A DNA stretch of 64,000 nucleotides from Hydrurus foetidus (GCA_900617105.1 UYFQ01000001.1:2356001-2420000); one strand, 5' to 3'. Counted from the first letter of the stretch, positions 1 to 11,200 are shown. Translations and numbers: made by a program. The notes: generated from the letters alone by a model not told the origin.

Positions 1-196
1 GGCCGGGCTTGAATTGGCTGTCTGGCCAATTCCATACGGTCTGGGCGTCAAGCAGCTGCGACGGCAGCCCAGCGCCCATCGGCACCATGGCGGTTTGCCA
101 CGCCGTGCGTACGTCCAGGCTCAGGCGGGCACGATCTTGCTGGCGCAAGTCGAGTTGCGGCGCCGCATGCAATGACCCCGCCAGAGAGCACTGCAT
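1..196 (-). CDS. Partial CDS running off the window start; exported or periplasmic-sensor-like N-terminus, function unknown
   Basis: Hand translation from ATG 196: MQCSLAGSLHAAPQLDLRQQDRARLSLDVRTAWQTAMVPMG...WNWPDSQFKPG, open to the window edge. Confidence 0.4.
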   Translation of the reverse strand, partial: MQCSLAGSLHAAPQLDLRQQDRARLSLDVRTAWQTAMVPMGAGLPSQLLDAQTVWNWPDSQFKPG

Positions 197-272
197 CGCA
201 AGCAGTGTCGGTAGCCAAAATAGCCTGGATATTTGTAACTTCGTGTGCGCCTGATTATCTGCGCTTTGTAAC

Positions 273-322
273 TGCTACATATTTTGTAGCTGCAAGCTCC
301 TGTATTGATTCGGCTACAGCAC
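273..322 (-). repeat. Dispersed two-hairpin REP-like repeat (family A), reverse orientation
   Basis: tgctacatattttgtagctgcaagctcctgtattgattcggctacagc resembles the reverse complement of GTAGCCCAATAAATACGGGCGCGAGCAGCTAT-N-ATAGCA; compensatory GCTAC/GTAGC stem. Confidence 0.7.
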
Positions 323-356
323 TAAAACGATGCGAAAAACGACTGAAAAGTACGTT

Positions 357-1123
<767 letters not shown>

Positions 1124-1130
1124 GGCTAAA

Positions 1131-1826
1131 TTATGCGCTTGCGGCGGTTTCAGCCGGCGTTTCAGTTGGCGTTTCAGTAGGCGATTTAGTCAACAGATGA
1201 AAATGCACAGCACCAGCTTTGCCGAAGCGATGCACGGTTAAGCCGAGCGGGGCCAGCTCTTCATCAAGCCACGGTTTGGCCGCCTCCAGGTACACAAAAC
1301 CCGGTACCGCTATGGCCACCGCCGCCGCTTTCAACGCGGCTTCTAACGCGGTCGACTCATACGGCGGGTCTAAAAAAACCAGCTGCAAACTGCCGCAGCT
1401 GACGCGGCGCAGCAGGCTGACACCATCGCCCCGCTCTACTTTGACCGCAGCGGCTTTTAGCTTGATTTGCGAAGCTTTGAGTTTGTCGGCCAGCGCGGCA
1501 TCTTGCTCGCACAGCACCACGTCTAGAGCGCCGCGCGACGCGGCCTCAAAACCCAGCACGCCAGTGCCAGCAAAGGCGTCTACGCAGCGCCAGCCGGTCA
1601 GGTCTTGACCCAGCCAGTTGAACAGCGTTTCACGCACCCGGTCGGGCGTGGGGCGCAAGCCTGCCACCGCAGCTACTGGCAATTTGCTGCGCTTGTACAG
1701 GCCGCCAATAATGCGCACTTCACCCGGGGGAATGGTTTTGCGGCCCACCACTTTGCCCGACCTGGCCAATTTTTTTGCGGGGTCTTTAGCTGGTTTTTCG
1801 GCGGCAACTTGGGCGGTGTATTTCAT
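1131..1826 (-). CDS. rsmD: 16S rRNA m2G966 methyltransferase
   Basis: VRIIGG, LRPTPDRVRETLFNWL, DAFAGTG and FLDPPY motifs; ATG 1826 chosen as start; C-terminal PTET/PAET low-complexity repeat. Confidence 0.93.
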   Translation of the reverse strand: MKYTAQVAAEKPAKDPAKKLARSGKVVGRKTIPPGEVRIIGGLYKRSKLPVAAVAGLRPTPDRVRETLFNWLGQDLTGWRCVDAFAGTGVLGFEAASRGALDVVLCEQDAALADKLKASQIKLKAAAVKVERGDGVSLLRRVSCGSLQLVFLDPPYESTALEAALKAAAVAIAVPGFVYLEAAKPWLDEELAPLGLTVHRFGKAGAVHFHLLTKSPTETPTETPAETAASA

Positions 1827-1860
1827 GACTTCTTGCAGAGCTTTTTTTTGGGGGGCAGTG

Positions 1861-3234
1861 TCAAGGCTTGGCGCCCAACACAACAGTCACCATTTTGTCA
1901 GGTTGCAGCTTGGCCGAAAAAGCGGCTTTGATGTCTTGCGTGGTCACCTTGCCGACCTGCTCAGTCCAGGTGTCGAGATAGGTCAGCGGCAAGTTATTCC
2001 ACGCAATGCTGCTGATGTTGCCCAGCAGCTTGCGGTTGCTGTCAATGAGCAGGGCAAAGCCGCCAATCAGGTTGTCTTTAGCGGCTTTCAGCTCGTCGTC
2101 GGTTGGGCCGTTGGCGACGAAATCTTTGACTACCGTGCGCGCCACGTCGAGCGCTTGCGCCGCCTGGTCGGGCCGGGTTTGCAGGCTGACCGTGAAAGCC
2201 CCCGCATGCAGGCCGGGCTGAAAATAACTGTAAGCGCCGTAGGTCAAGCCGCGCTTTTCGCGCACCTCGTTTTGCAGCCGCGACACAAAACCGCCGCCGC
2301 CCAAAATGTAATTGCCGACCAGCAGCGGGAAGTAGGCCGGGTCATCACGTTTGTAGCCGGGCTGGCCGATCAGCACCTGGGCTTGCGCGGCATCAAACGC
2401 GATGTCTTGTTGCTGCGGCTGCGTTAAGGCGGCCACCTCGGCAACCGGCGCCAGTGGGGCCAAGCTGGCACACCCAACTTGCGGCAGGCGCGCCAGCAGT
2501 TGCTGCGCTATCGCATCGGCCTGTACGCGCGTTACCGCGCCCACCATGCTGATGCGGGCGCGGCAAACCGCAATGCTGCTGGCGTAAAACGCCTGCATGT
2601 CGGCTGTAGTGATGTTGGCCACGCTGGCTTCAGTCAGGTCGTAGCCGTAAGGGTGGCTGCCGTACACCGCACGGGTAAATGCGCGCCCGGCAACGGAGCC
2701 AGGCCGGGTGTAAGACTCTTTGAGGTTGGCAATGATTTTTTGGCGGTCACGCTGCCAGACTGCATCTGGAAAAGACGGCTCGGCTATTTGACGCGCCGCC
2801 AGCGCCACGGCTTTGGCCAACAAATCGCGCTCGGTCAGGGTGCGCAATGAAAAGCTCATGCGGTCGCTGCCTGCAGTGGCGTCAAACTGTGCACCCAAAT
2901 CAGCCCAGGCTTCGCCCAGAGCGTTTTCATCCAGCGCGGGCTGGCCAGCACGGGGCGCAATGCCTTTGCCCGCCAGTGCGGCGGCAACGCTGGCCAAGCC
3001 CGCTTTGCTGGCCGGGTCACGGCGGCTTCCGGCGTCAAAATCAACTTGCACATCAAGCATGGCGATGGCCGGGCTTTCAACCAAAAACACCATGGCACCG
3101 TTGGGCAATGTCCATTTTTGGATGGGTATGGCAGCCGCTGCGGGGCCAAAAGCAACCAATAAAATAGCCGATAAAGCGGCCGTAGTGCAATAAATACGGG
3201 CGCGAGCAGCTATTATTTTAATAGTAGATTTCAT
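1861..3234 (-). CDS. M16 family peptidase, non-catalytic subunit (no HxxEH)
   Basis: Signal peptide; GGGGFVSRLQNEVREKRGLTY motif; paired with the catalytic subunit upstream. Confidence 0.9.
   Translation of the reverse strand: MKSTIKIIAARARIYCTTAALSAILLVAFGPAAAAIPIQKWTLPNGAMVFLVESPAIAMLDVQVDFDAGSRRDPASKAGLASVAAALAGKGIAPRAGQPALDENALGEAWADLGAQFDATAGSDRMSFSLRTLTERDLLAKAVALAARQIAEPSFPDAVWQRDRQKIIANLKESYTRPGSVAGRAFTRAVYGSHPYGYDLTEASVANITTADMQAFYASSIAVCRARISMVGAVTRVQADAIAQQLLARLPQVGCASLAPLAPVAEVAALTQPQQQDIAFDAAQAQVLIGQPGYKRDDPAYFPLLVGNYILGGGGFVSRLQNEVREKRGLTYGAYSYFQPGLHAGAFTVSLQTRPDQAAQALDVARTVVKDFVANGPTDDELKAAKDNLIGGFALLIDSNRKLLGNISSIAWNNLPLTYLDTWTEQVGKVTTQDIKAAFSAKLQPDKMVTVVLGAKP
3182..3226 (+). 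repeat. Family A repeat inside the M16 peptidase N-terminus
   Basis: gtagtgcaataaatacgggcgcgagcagctattattttaatagta is near consensus; encodes STIKIIAARARIYCTT on the minus strand. Confidence 0.85.
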
Positions 3235-3295
3235 GGTGCTTGATTAAGGGTTGTTGCTTGCCGCCCGCTGGGGTTGCGGGTAGCTACGTCAGGTT

Positions 3296-4738
3296 TCAAT
3301 GCCGCGATGCCCCGGCCGCCGCTGGCCGCGCGCGCGGCTTGCGATTGGGGTCAATAGGCTGCGGCACCAGCGTGGCAATATTGAGCTGGTCGTCGCCAAA
3401 ATACTTGGCAGCCACGCTTTGCACTTCTGCGCTGGTCACGGTGCGCAGCCGGGCAATCAATTGCGCGCTTGCATCTAACGGTAAACCAGAGATCCAGTTA
3501 GAACCCAACTCGCGGGCCTGGTTAAACACGCCGTCGAGCTTGTAGGTTTCGCTGGCTACCCACTGGGTTTTAACGCGGTTGAGTTCAGCATCGCGCACGC
3601 CCGATTTGGCCACCAGCGCCACTTGCTCGCGCAGCGCGGCAGCAACTTGTTCGGGTGTTTTACCCTGCGCCGGCACGCCAGACAAGCCAAACACCTGCGG
3701 GCCCCGGCCGATCAGGCCGTTGTACGCGTCGGCACTGTCGGCTAGGCGGCTAGCACCCCCAGGAATGTCCTGCTCTAATGCGCGACCCAAGCGCGCGCCG
3801 CTGTAGCCGTCGAGCACGGCGGCCAGCACGGTCAGCGCCAAGGCGTCGCGGCCCGAGCTGGCATCAGCAAACTCGGCGGCCTCAATCTTGGGCACTTTGA
3901 ATGACAAGCTGACATAAGCCTGCGATGCCACGCCTTTGAAGTCCATTCGGCGGGCGCCGGTTTGTTCAGGCTCGTCACGCGGCTTGCGCTCGGGCACCGG
4001 GCGCGCGGCAATCGGGCCGTAGTATTTTTCAGCCAGACGTTTGACTTCAGCTACCTCAACGTCACCCGCAACGACCACGGCAGCGTTGCCCGGTACGTAC
4101 CAGCGTTTGTAAAAGTCGCGTGCGTCTTGCGGCTTCATGGCGTCCAGGTCGCTCATCCAGCCAACGATGGGCCTGCGGTACGGGGAGGCAGTGAAGGTCA
4201 TGGCGGTGGCGGCTTCAAACATCAGCGCGCGCGGGGACTCTTCAGTGCGCGAGCGGCGCTCTTCTTTGACCACTTCCATTTCGCGTTTGAATTCATCGTC
4301 AGCCCACTGGTTGTTGGCAAAGCGGTCGGCCTCCAGGCGCATCACGTCTTCGAGCTTGTTGCTGGGTATTTGCTGGTGGTAGCCGGTGGCGTCTCTTGAG
4401 GTAAAAGCGTTGTCTCGCCCGCCCAGCGCGGCCACCCGGCGTGAAAACTCGCCGGGCTTGGTGGTGGCCGTGCCTTTAAACAGCATGTGTTCCAGCACAT
4501 GGGCCACGCCCGATGTGCCGTCTACTTCGTCAATCGATCCAACCCGCACCCACAGCATGTGCGCGGCAGTGGGGGCGCGGCGGTCGGGTTTGACAATGAC
4601 CGTCAGCCCGTTGCTAAGGGTGAACTGCTCGATCTTTTGGGTATTGTCCGGCGCTTGTGCGCAGGCGGCGCTGGCGGCAAAAGCGGTGATCAACAATGGT
4701 AAAAAACGTGCCGAAGAAATCTGGTGCGGGTGTTTCAT
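3296..4738 (-). CDS. M16 (pitrilysin-like) zinc peptidase, catalytic subunit
   Basis: HVLEHMLFKGT (HxxEH) and NAFTS motifs; signal peptide after ATG 4738. Confidence 0.92.
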   Translation of the reverse strand: MKHPHQISSARFLPLLITAFAASAACAQAPDNTQKIEQFTLSNGLTVIVKPDRRAPTAAHMLWVRVGSIDEVDGTSGVAHVLEHMLFKGTATTKPGEFSRRVAALGGRDNAFTSRDATGYHQQIPSNKLEDVMRLEADRFANNQWADDEFKREMEVVKEERRSRTEESPRALMFEAATAMTFTASPYRRPIVGWMSDLDAMKPQDARDFYKRWYVPGNAAVVVAGDVEVAEVKRLAEKYYGPIAARPVPERKPRDEPEQTGARRMDFKGVASQAYVSLSFKVPKIEAAEFADASSGRDALALTVLAAVLDGYSGARLGRALEQDIPGGASRLADSADAYNGLIGRGPQVFGLSGVPAQGKTPEQVAAALREQVALVAKSGVRDAELNRVKTQWVASETYKLDGVFNQARELGSNWISGLPLDASAQLIARLRTVTSAEVQSVAAKYFGDDQLNIATLVPQPIDPNRKPRARPAAAGASRH

Positions 4739-4766
4739 AGAATGATGTGACTCAAAAGCAGGTTCA

Positions 4767-5882
4767 ATGTTCAGTTTCTTCAAGAAAAAATCTCCCCCAG
4801 CGGCAGTGATCCAAGTAACGCCTACGTTGCCCGCGGTGCCCAGTGCGGCTATCACCGGCGACGTGTTGCCAAAGCCAGCCACCGGCAGCATCATTGGCAG
4901 CGCGCTGGTCACGCCGCTAGACCTTGACAGTATCACCGCTCTACCTGCCGAGCGCCAACGCTGGCTGGATAAGCTCACTTCTGGCTTGCGCAAAACGGGC
5001 TCCAGCATTTCAAGCGTGTTTACCGGCACGCAAATTGACGACGCGCTGTATGAAAACCTGGAAGCCGCGCTGCTAATGGCCGACACCGGCGTGAAAGCCA
5101 CCACTTACTTACTAGACGACGTCAAGCGCCGGGTTGCCGCCAGTGGCGTAACCAATCCGGTAGCCGTTAAAAACATACTCACCCAATCGTTAAGCGACTT
5201 GCTGAAGCCGCTCGAGCAAAGTCTGGTGATTGGCCAGCAGCAACCCACCGTCATTATGGTTGCGGGCGTTAACGGGGCAGGCAAAACCACATCGATTGGC
5301 AAGCTGACCAAACACTTGGCCAGCGAGGGCGCCAGCGTGCTGCTGGCGGCAGCCGACACGTTTCGCGCGGCCGCCCGCGAGCAATTGGCCGTGTGGGCCG
5401 ACCGAAACACGGTCGAAATCATCAGCAAAGAAGGCGGCGACCCAGCAGCCGTAGCGTTTGACGCCGTGACCGCTGGCAAGGCTAGAGGCAAAGACGTGGT
5501 GCTGGTAGACACGGCAGGCCGCTTGCCCACGCAACTGCATTTGATGGAAGAGCTGAAAAAAATCAAACGCGTGGTACAAAAGGCAGAATCTACATCACCC
5601 CATGAGGTGCTGTTAGTAATCGACGGCAACACCGGACAAAACGCCTTGTCACAAGTCAAAGCTTTTGACGATGCACTGCAACTTACCGGCCTTATCGTGA
5701 CCAAACTCGATGGCACAGCCAAAGGCGGCGTGTTGGCGGCAATTGCACTGTGGGCAAAAGAGCGGCAAACAGCCACGCCCACGCTGCGCCCCGTGCCGGT
5801 GTACTTCATTGGTGTGGGCGAGCAGTTGGACGATTTGGAAACATTTAATGCGCGGGAGTTTGCGCAGGCTTTGTTGGCATAA
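4767..5882 (+). CDS. ftsY: Signal recognition particle receptor
   Basis: GVNGAGKTT, DTFRAAA, DTAGR and TKLDGTAKGG motifs. Confidence 0.97.
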   Translation: MFSFFKKKSPPAAVIQVTPTLPAVPSAAITGDVLPKPATGSIIGSALVTPLDLDSITALPAERQRWLDKLTSGLRKTGSSISSVFTGTQIDDALYENLEAALLMADTGVKATTYLLDDVKRRVAASGVTNPVAVKNILTQSLSDLLKPLEQSLVIGQQQPTVIMVAGVNGAGKTTSIGKLTKHLASEGASVLLAAADTFRAAAREQLAVWADRNTVEIISKEGGDPAAVAFDAVTAGKARGKDVVLVDTAGRLPTQLHLMEELKKIKRVVQKAESTSPHEVLLVIDGNTGQNALSQVKAFDDALQLTGLIVTKLDGTAKGGVLAAIALWAKERQTATPTLRPVPVYFIGVGEQLDDLETFNAREFAQALLA

Positions 5883-5980
5883 GACGTGGATTTGACGTCT
5901 GTGCGAAGCTGGCCAGCGGCACGGGCTTGGCTTGAAATCTGCCCGAGCGGCGTCAGCTGATGGGTTTGAAAGGCTAATTG

Positions 5981-6310
5981 ATGACAGATAGCCCCGGCGG
6001 ATTTGTTTCGGTTTTACTGCGCTTTGTGCTCAAGCTGTTTTTGGCGGTGATTGCGCTGGTGTTTGCGACGTGCCTGATCGCAGTCGCGCTGGTGGCGGTC
6101 GTGTTCAGCCTGCTCAAAGCACTGCTGACCTGGCAAAAACCTGCGCCTTGGGTGGTATTCAGGCAGGTACAAAAATACTCGGCGCGGGGGCAGTGGCCCG
6201 TCAATGGCGCCGCGGGTGGGCATTCAAACCGGGAGCGCTCGCCAGTAAGAAATGCTGATGTGGTGGACGTTGAAGTGCGCGAGGTTCCGCAGGATAAAAA
6301 AGAGCCCTGA
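5981..6310 (+). CDS. Hypothetical membrane protein
   Basis: Long hydrophobic helix; C-terminal DVVDVEVREV motif. Confidence 0.7.
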   Translation: MTDSPGGFVSVLLRFVLKLFLAVIALVFATCLIAVALVAVVFSLLKALLTWQKPAPWVVFRQVQKYSARGQWPVNGAAGGHSNRERSPVRNADVVDVEVREVPQDKKEP

Positions 6311-6330
6311 TTTAAATAAACTCCGTCTTT

Positions 6331-6373
6331 TACTCAACAAATACGGGCGTGAGCAGCTCATTATTAAATAGCA
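6331..6373 (+). repeat. Family A repeat
   Basis: tactcaacaaatacgggcgtgagcagctcattattaaatagca. Confidence 0.8.
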
Positions 6374-6374
6374 A

Positions 6375-6754
6375 TCAGCCAAGATCAGACGCCCAATCTC
6401 GTTCACCAAGACTGACAACAACGCGTCTTTTGTGCAGTTGGCGTGAGCATCGTCACCACGCTTAAATCCCCGGCCTACCACCGGCCCCCTACATCGTTGC
6501 CAACACCCAAGTCCGTCGACCCGAACCAAGCGCAGCTGCAAAGCTAGCGCCGGCCTCCAAGCCACCCGAAATGCATGGACCACCCGCCGGGCACTAACCC
6601 CCACCGCACCATAAACTCCTGCATCGTGCTCGCGGCAGTCATTGCAGCCGCTCAGGCCAACGGGAAGCGCTGCGCAGAACAGCGCAGAAATAACTCGCAC
6701 TACCGCATAGGTATCTGGCGCTTCCTGCGCATAGGTTGACGAAGCTGTTTTCAT
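6375..6754 (-). pseudogene. Probable degraded accessory gene of unknown function
   Basis: ATG 6754 with an upstream purine-rich stretch and a hydrophobic N-terminus; the frame then becomes unnatural and runs through the repeat. Confidence 0.3.
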
Positions 6755-6796
6755 ATGTTTCACCTTGTTTAATCGGGCCTTAAGCATGCAGAAAGG

Positions 6797-6834
6797 CAAT
6801 AAATAGGGGCGCTGGCAGCTATTAAATTAGCAGC
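6797..6834 (+). repeat. Family A repeat
   Basis: caataaataggggcgctggcagctattaaattagcagc. Confidence 0.75.
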
Positions 6835-6841
6835 GTCAAGT

Positions 6842-6886
6842 CACTTTTTCGCCAGGCACTTTTTCGCTAGGCACTTTTTCGCCAGG
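6842..6886. repeat. 15-bp tandem repeat x3 (CACTTTTTCGCYAGG)
   Basis: Directly visible. Confidence 0.9.
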
Positions 6887-7041
6887 GCCATGCTTATAAA
6901 AATATAAGCTCAACCTGAGCGCTTGGGTATTCCCCCGAGGCGGAAAATATTTTTTCCGTTTGTAAATGCACCACTTGCTACATCCTCGGTCAGGGCACGG
7001 CAAACACTTGCCGGCCTCTTGCACTAGCCTAAAGTTGGTCG

Positions 7042-7677
7042 TCAAACGAGACGCACCATCAGCAACCGCGTAGCGAGCGCAGCAAAAAGGCAACCCAGCA
7101 AGCAGCGCGTTGCGTGTTGCCACGCCGGGCTCCATCTGGTTACAAGTGGTTGCAAGCGCGAAACACCGCACACCAGCAAACCCATCACCGCCGCGTTGAT
7201 GGCAACCTGCACGGCGCCAAGCTGCAGGCTTTGGGCCATCAACTGGCCTTTCTCAGGTCGCAAAAATTGGGGCAGCACCGCAACATAAAACAGCACTGCT
7301 TTAGGGTTGAGCAAGTTGACTAAAAAGCCTGAGCAGAACAGAGCGAGGTGCGGTGCAGGTCTTAAGCTGCGCATTGCAAATGGCGCAACTGTTGCGGGGT
7401 GTGACACACGCCAGGCCAGGTACAGCAAATAAGCGACCCCGGCGTACCGAATAGATTCAAACGCGTCGGGCGGGGCAAGCATCAGTGCGGTCAGGCCCAT
7501 CGCAGTTGCCGCAATATGTACGCCGTAAGCTGTGAGCACCCCCGCTAGCGAAATGAGCCCGGCTGGCCGCCCTTGGCAAAGCGTGCGAGACAGGCAAAAG
7601 GCCATGTTGGGCCCCGGAACCAAAACCAAGATAAGCGCTGCAAGTGCGAACGAGGAAAGATCGTATGGAGTCTGCAT
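7042..7677 (-). CDS. LysE/RhtB family exporter
   Basis: LVPGPN, AYLLYLAWR, VNLLNPKAVLFYVAVLPQF motifs. Confidence 0.92.
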   Translation of the reverse strand: MQTPYDLSSFALAALILVLVPGPNMAFCLSRTLCQGRPAGLISLAGVLTAYGVHIAATAMGLTALMLAPPDAFESIRYAGVAYLLYLAWRVSHPATVAPFAMRSLRPAPHLALFCSGFLVNLLNPKAVLFYVAVLPQFLRPEKGQLMAQSLQLGAVQVAINAAVMGLLVCGVSRLQPLVTRWSPAWQHATRCLLGCLFAALATRLLMVRLV

Positions 7678-7807
7678 AAGCTGCGCGTATATGGCCGTAA
7701 AAGTCGGTGAATAAGTGAAGTGGGTTGACTGTAAAAACTGGCCGTTACACACGGTATTCCCCCGTGGGGGAGGGCTGGCGCTTAAAAAACCGCACAGAAA
7801 GTGCCTT

Positions 7808-7850
7808 ATAGCTCCTGAATTTGGGCTCGAGCAGCTATAACTAACGTAGC
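7808..7850 (+). repeat. Family A repeat (degenerate)
   Basis: atagctcctgaatttgggctcgagcagctataactaacgtagc. Confidence 0.65.
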
Positions 7851-8090
7851 TAACGGAAGCAATCAGTCACAAAAAGGTTTGGGCTTGTGTGAAGTGCGCG
7901 GCGCTGCCCTGCAGCTGACTTGGCCCGCAGCGATGTGATCGTACTTTGGCATTTGAACCAAGGGGTGCACACACAGCGCAGGTGCAGTCCTTCAGCGTGG
8001 CGCAAACTAGAGCCAGAGCTACGGCAAAAATGGCGGTGTAAAGCGTGGTGTGTAGCGCAGTGTAAAACGCTAAGTAAAGTCGGCGTAGCG

Positions 8091-9215
8091 CTAAGCCGGT
8101 GGCGCGCTGAGTTTGGCAGCCAGTTCTTGCCAGTCTGCGCAGCGCGAGGCTGCATAAATTTCGCGCAGGTGTTTTTTCAGTGCTTCTTTGCTGACCTGGT
8201 GATGTGCCGAGCAATCGATTCGGCTGCCACCTGCCGCCGCAAACATGGCGATGCGGCTTTGCAGAGGCGACAAGGCGAGCTGGGTGATGTTACGCACCCT
8301 ATCAAGGGCGGCGGCCTTTTGAAATTCGACTGTCACCAAAACGTTTTTGTCGGGCTCAGGTGCCGCCGCACCTAATGTGGTCGGGTGGGTAGTGGGCCAC
8401 ATCCAACTTGCAGACATGACAAGCGTTCCGCCCACCACGTCGACGCTTGATCGCGCCATGGCCGCCGAGCCAGCGCCTAATTGCGCGCACAACTGACTGA
8501 TAAAGCGCGGCGGCGCAGTCATGGGCCCGATCAACCCTATGCCTTGATCAAAGAGCCTTGTCATTCTGAGCAGTGCAACGGCTTGCTCATTGACCAAACT
8601 AATGCGTGCGCCGTCTGCCGACACCACCAAGTGCCCGGCCTCTAACGAGCTGCGTAGATGGTCTGAACTGCCAGCCAGGCCGCCCGCGCTGCTGCCTGCG
8701 GTTTTGACCACGGCCATTTCCAGAGCCGGCGTGATGCCATACAGCCGCTTGGCGTCGTCTTCAGAAAACGGATTGGCCTGCTCTCTAAAAAGCCCAATCA
8801 CCATTCGGGTCACGCCATTGACATCGATCTTCAGGTCAAGACCAAAATGATGATGACAAGGTTTGAACAACAGGTTGTACGTGTTGGACTTAAAAAATGC
8901 TTTGTCGGCAGTCAACATGTTGCCAACAGGACGGCCCTGGTTAGTTACCAGCCAAAAAATAGTGAGCTCATGAGGGCCCACAAACAGTTCTTGGTAGTTA
9001 TTCAAAAAAAGCTCTTGCGAAGCAACGGGTGCAGAGTCGTGAAAGAACCCTTCGGGCGCACCGTGCTTGTCAAACCAGCCAATAAAGCAGCCCTCAGCGC
9101 CTACCAGTTGCCGCAGAATACAGGCAAGCGCGGGCGCCATCGGCTCAACACCCAAACCAGTGCGAACCAGCAGGTCGAGTTCTTTGTGAGCAGCGGCTTG
9201 CACAGTAGTTGGCAT
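8091..9215 (-). CDS. Transcriptional regulator with C-terminal LuxR-like HTH and N-terminal GAF-like sensor
   Basis: C-terminal LSPLQSRIAMFAAAG...VSKEALKKHLREIYAAS resembles a LuxR HTH. Confidence 0.65.
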   Translation of the reverse strand: MPTTVQAAAHKELDLLVRTGLGVEPMAPALACILRQLVGAEGCFIGWFDKHGAPEGFFHDSAPVASQELFLNNYQELFVGPHELTIFWLVTNQGRPVGNMLTADKAFFKSNTYNLLFKPCHHHFGLDLKIDVNGVTRMVIGLFREQANPFSEDDAKRLYGITPALEMAVVKTAGSSAGGLAGSSDHLRSSLEAGHLVVSADGARISLVNEQAVALLRMTRLFDQGIGLIGPMTAPPRFISQLCAQLGAGSAAMARSSVDVVGGTLVMSASWMWPTTHPTTLGAAAPEPDKNVLVTVEFQKAAALDRVRNITQLALSPLQSRIAMFAAAGGSRIDCSAHHQVSKEALKKHLREIYAASRCADWQELAAKLSAPPA

Positions 9216-9644
9216 GCGACAAAACTCCCCGATTTTTTTAAACTAATCGCCCAGCCCTGCCGTTCCGCTTTCGACGCCGACCGTTTTGCAGACGGGAACG
9301 CGTTGGTGACCTTGAAGGACGCTAGACAACGAAAGCAGCGCGTGGCTAAGGCCGTATCCCCCGCAAACACTTACGCGCTGCGGCGCAGAGTAGCACGGCG
9401 GTTACAGGTGGACGTACCCATTTTTCGAGCAGTAGCGAATCTTTACCAACCTTGTAAAAGGTTTCAATTGCCGCAGAAAACAGGTCACGCCATTTCAAAC
9501 GCTCCGCTCGACCGGGATGCCCTGAGCCGGTCTTGTGAGGGCGGAGAATTGCCTGGCGGTTGCAGACAAGAGAATCAAAATCAGCTTTTTTTGGAACCCG
9601 TCGCTGAGTTAAAAAGATAATTGGGAACCGCTACAGATGAGCGC

Positions 9645-9677
9645 TTATGGGCGCTGGCAGCTATTTAATCTGTAGCG
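9645..9677 (+). repeat. Family A repeat (partial)
   Basis: tatgggcgctggcagctatttaatctgtagcg just after the gltD stop. Confidence 0.7.
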
Positions 9678-9689
9678 AAAAAACTCTCA

Positions 9690-11156
9690 TTAACGTGGCA
9701 AATCGCTACACCCCATCAAAAACTCATCCACAGAGCGCGCTGCCTGTCGGCCTTCGCGAATCGCCCAAACAACGAGCGACTGCCCGCGGCGAATGTCGCC
9801 CGCTACAAACACCTTGGGCACATTGGTTGCGTAACCGCCGATAAAGGCGTCGCTGGCTTTAGCGTTGCCACGATTGTCCTTGTCGATACCAAAGGATTCG
9901 AGAATCGACGCGACGGGGGACACAAAACCCATGGCCAGCAGCACCAGGTCGGCTTTGAGGGTTTGCTCAGACCCGGCGACTTCAACCATCTTGCCATTGA
10001 CCCATTCAACGCGCACGGTTTTCAAGCCTGTGACTTTGCCTTTTTCGCCCAACAGCTCTTTGGTCGAAATAGCAAATTCGCGCTCACAGCCTTCCTGGTG
10101 GCTGGAACTGGTGCGCAGCTTGGCGGGCCAGTACGGCCAGGTCATGGCGCGGTTTTCTTCTTCTGGCGGCTGGGGCATCAGCTCAAACTGCGTCACGCTG
10201 ACCGCTCCGTGGCGGTTGCTGGTGCCCACGCAGTCGCTGCCGGTGTCGCCGCCGCCAATCACGATGACGTGTTTGCCGTCTGCCCGCAATTGGCCTTTGA
10301 CTTTGTCACCTGCATTGACCTTGTTTTGGGATGGCAGAAATTCCATGGCGAAATGCACACCGTCCAGGTCACGGCCAGGCACCGGCAAGTCCCGTGATTG
10401 CTCGGCGCCGCCGGTCAGCATCACCGCGTCAAAGTCTTTTTGCAGTTGCTCGGGGGTGATGGTTTCTTTCGCCCAGTTGGTGACTTTGCTGTCTTTGGGC
10501 AAGTTGCCAACCATCACGCCGCATTTGAACGTGACGCCCTCGGCCGTCATTTGCTCAACGCGTCGCTCAATATGGATTTTCTCCATCTTGAAATCAGGAA
10601 TGCCGTAGCGCAGCAAGCCGCCGACGCGGTCGTTCTTTTCAAACAGCGTGACGTCGTGGCCGACGCGCGCCAGCTGCTGGGCGGCGGCCATGCCTGCCGG
10701 GCCAGAGCCAACGATGGCGACTTTTTTGCCGGTTTTGTGTTTGGGCAGTTGCGGCGTGACCCAGCCTTCAGCCCAGGCGCGGTCGATGATGGCGTGCTCG
10801 ATTGACTTGATGCCGACGGCGTCGTCGTTGACATTCAATGTGCAGGCGGCTTCGCACGGTGCGGGGCAAATGCGTCCGGTAAATTCCGGAAAATTATTCG
10901 TGCTGTGCAGCGTGGCAATCGCGTTTTTCCAGTCGGCACGAAACACCATGTCGTTGAAGTCAGGAATGATGTTGTTGACCGGGCAACCCGTGTTGCAAAA
11001 CGGCGTGCCGCAGTCCATGCAGCGTGCGGACTGGTCTTTGGCCTGCTTGTCGTCAAGGCCGATGACGAACTCTTTGTAGTTCTTCAGGCGCTCGGGTACG
11101 GGTTTGTAGCCCTCTTCCAAACGCTCAAATTCCATGAAACCGGTGATTTTTCCCAT
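9690..11156 (-). CDS. gltD: Glutamate synthase small subunit
   Basis: [25 protein letters not shown] and [11 protein letters not shown] motifs. Confidence 0.97.
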   Translation of the reverse strand: MGKITGFMEFERLEEGYKPVPERLKNYKEFVIGLDDKQAKDQSARCMDCGTPFCNTGCPVNNIIPDFNDMVFRADWKNAIATLHSTNNFPEFTGRICPAPCEAACTLNVNDDAVGIKSIEHAIIDRAWAEGWVTPQLPKHKTGKKVAIVGSGPAGMAAAQQLARVGHDVTLFEKNDRVGGLLRYGIPDFKMEKIHIERRVEQMTAEGVTFKCGVMVGNLPKDSKVTNWAKETITPEQLQKDFDAVMLTGGAEQSRDLPVPGRDLDGVHFAMEFLPSQNKVNAGDKVKGQLRADGKHVIVIGGGDTGSDCVGTSNRHGAVSVTQFELMPQPPEEENRAMTWPYWPAKLRTSSSHQEGCEREFAISTKELLGEKGKVTGLKTVRVEWVNGKMVEVAGSEQTLKADLVLLAMGFVSPVASILESFGIDKDNRGNAKASDAFIGGYATNVPKVFVAGDIRRGQSLVVWAIREGRQAARSVDEFLMGCSDLPR

Positions 11157-11200
11157 GATGCTGTCCTGTTGTCTTACTATCTGAATCGATTATTGCTTTG

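Noticed and set aside
7867..8214. Cys-rich 115-aa ORF as a RiPP or metallothionein-like peptide
   Set aside because: It overlaps the regulator 3' end in another frame, includes low-complexity 12-bp repeats, has no clear start or RBS, and no modifying enzymes are nearby.
8847..9620. 257-aa plus-strand ORF
   Set aside because: Antisense to the LuxR-like gene for about half its length, with no motifs; probably a shadow ORF.
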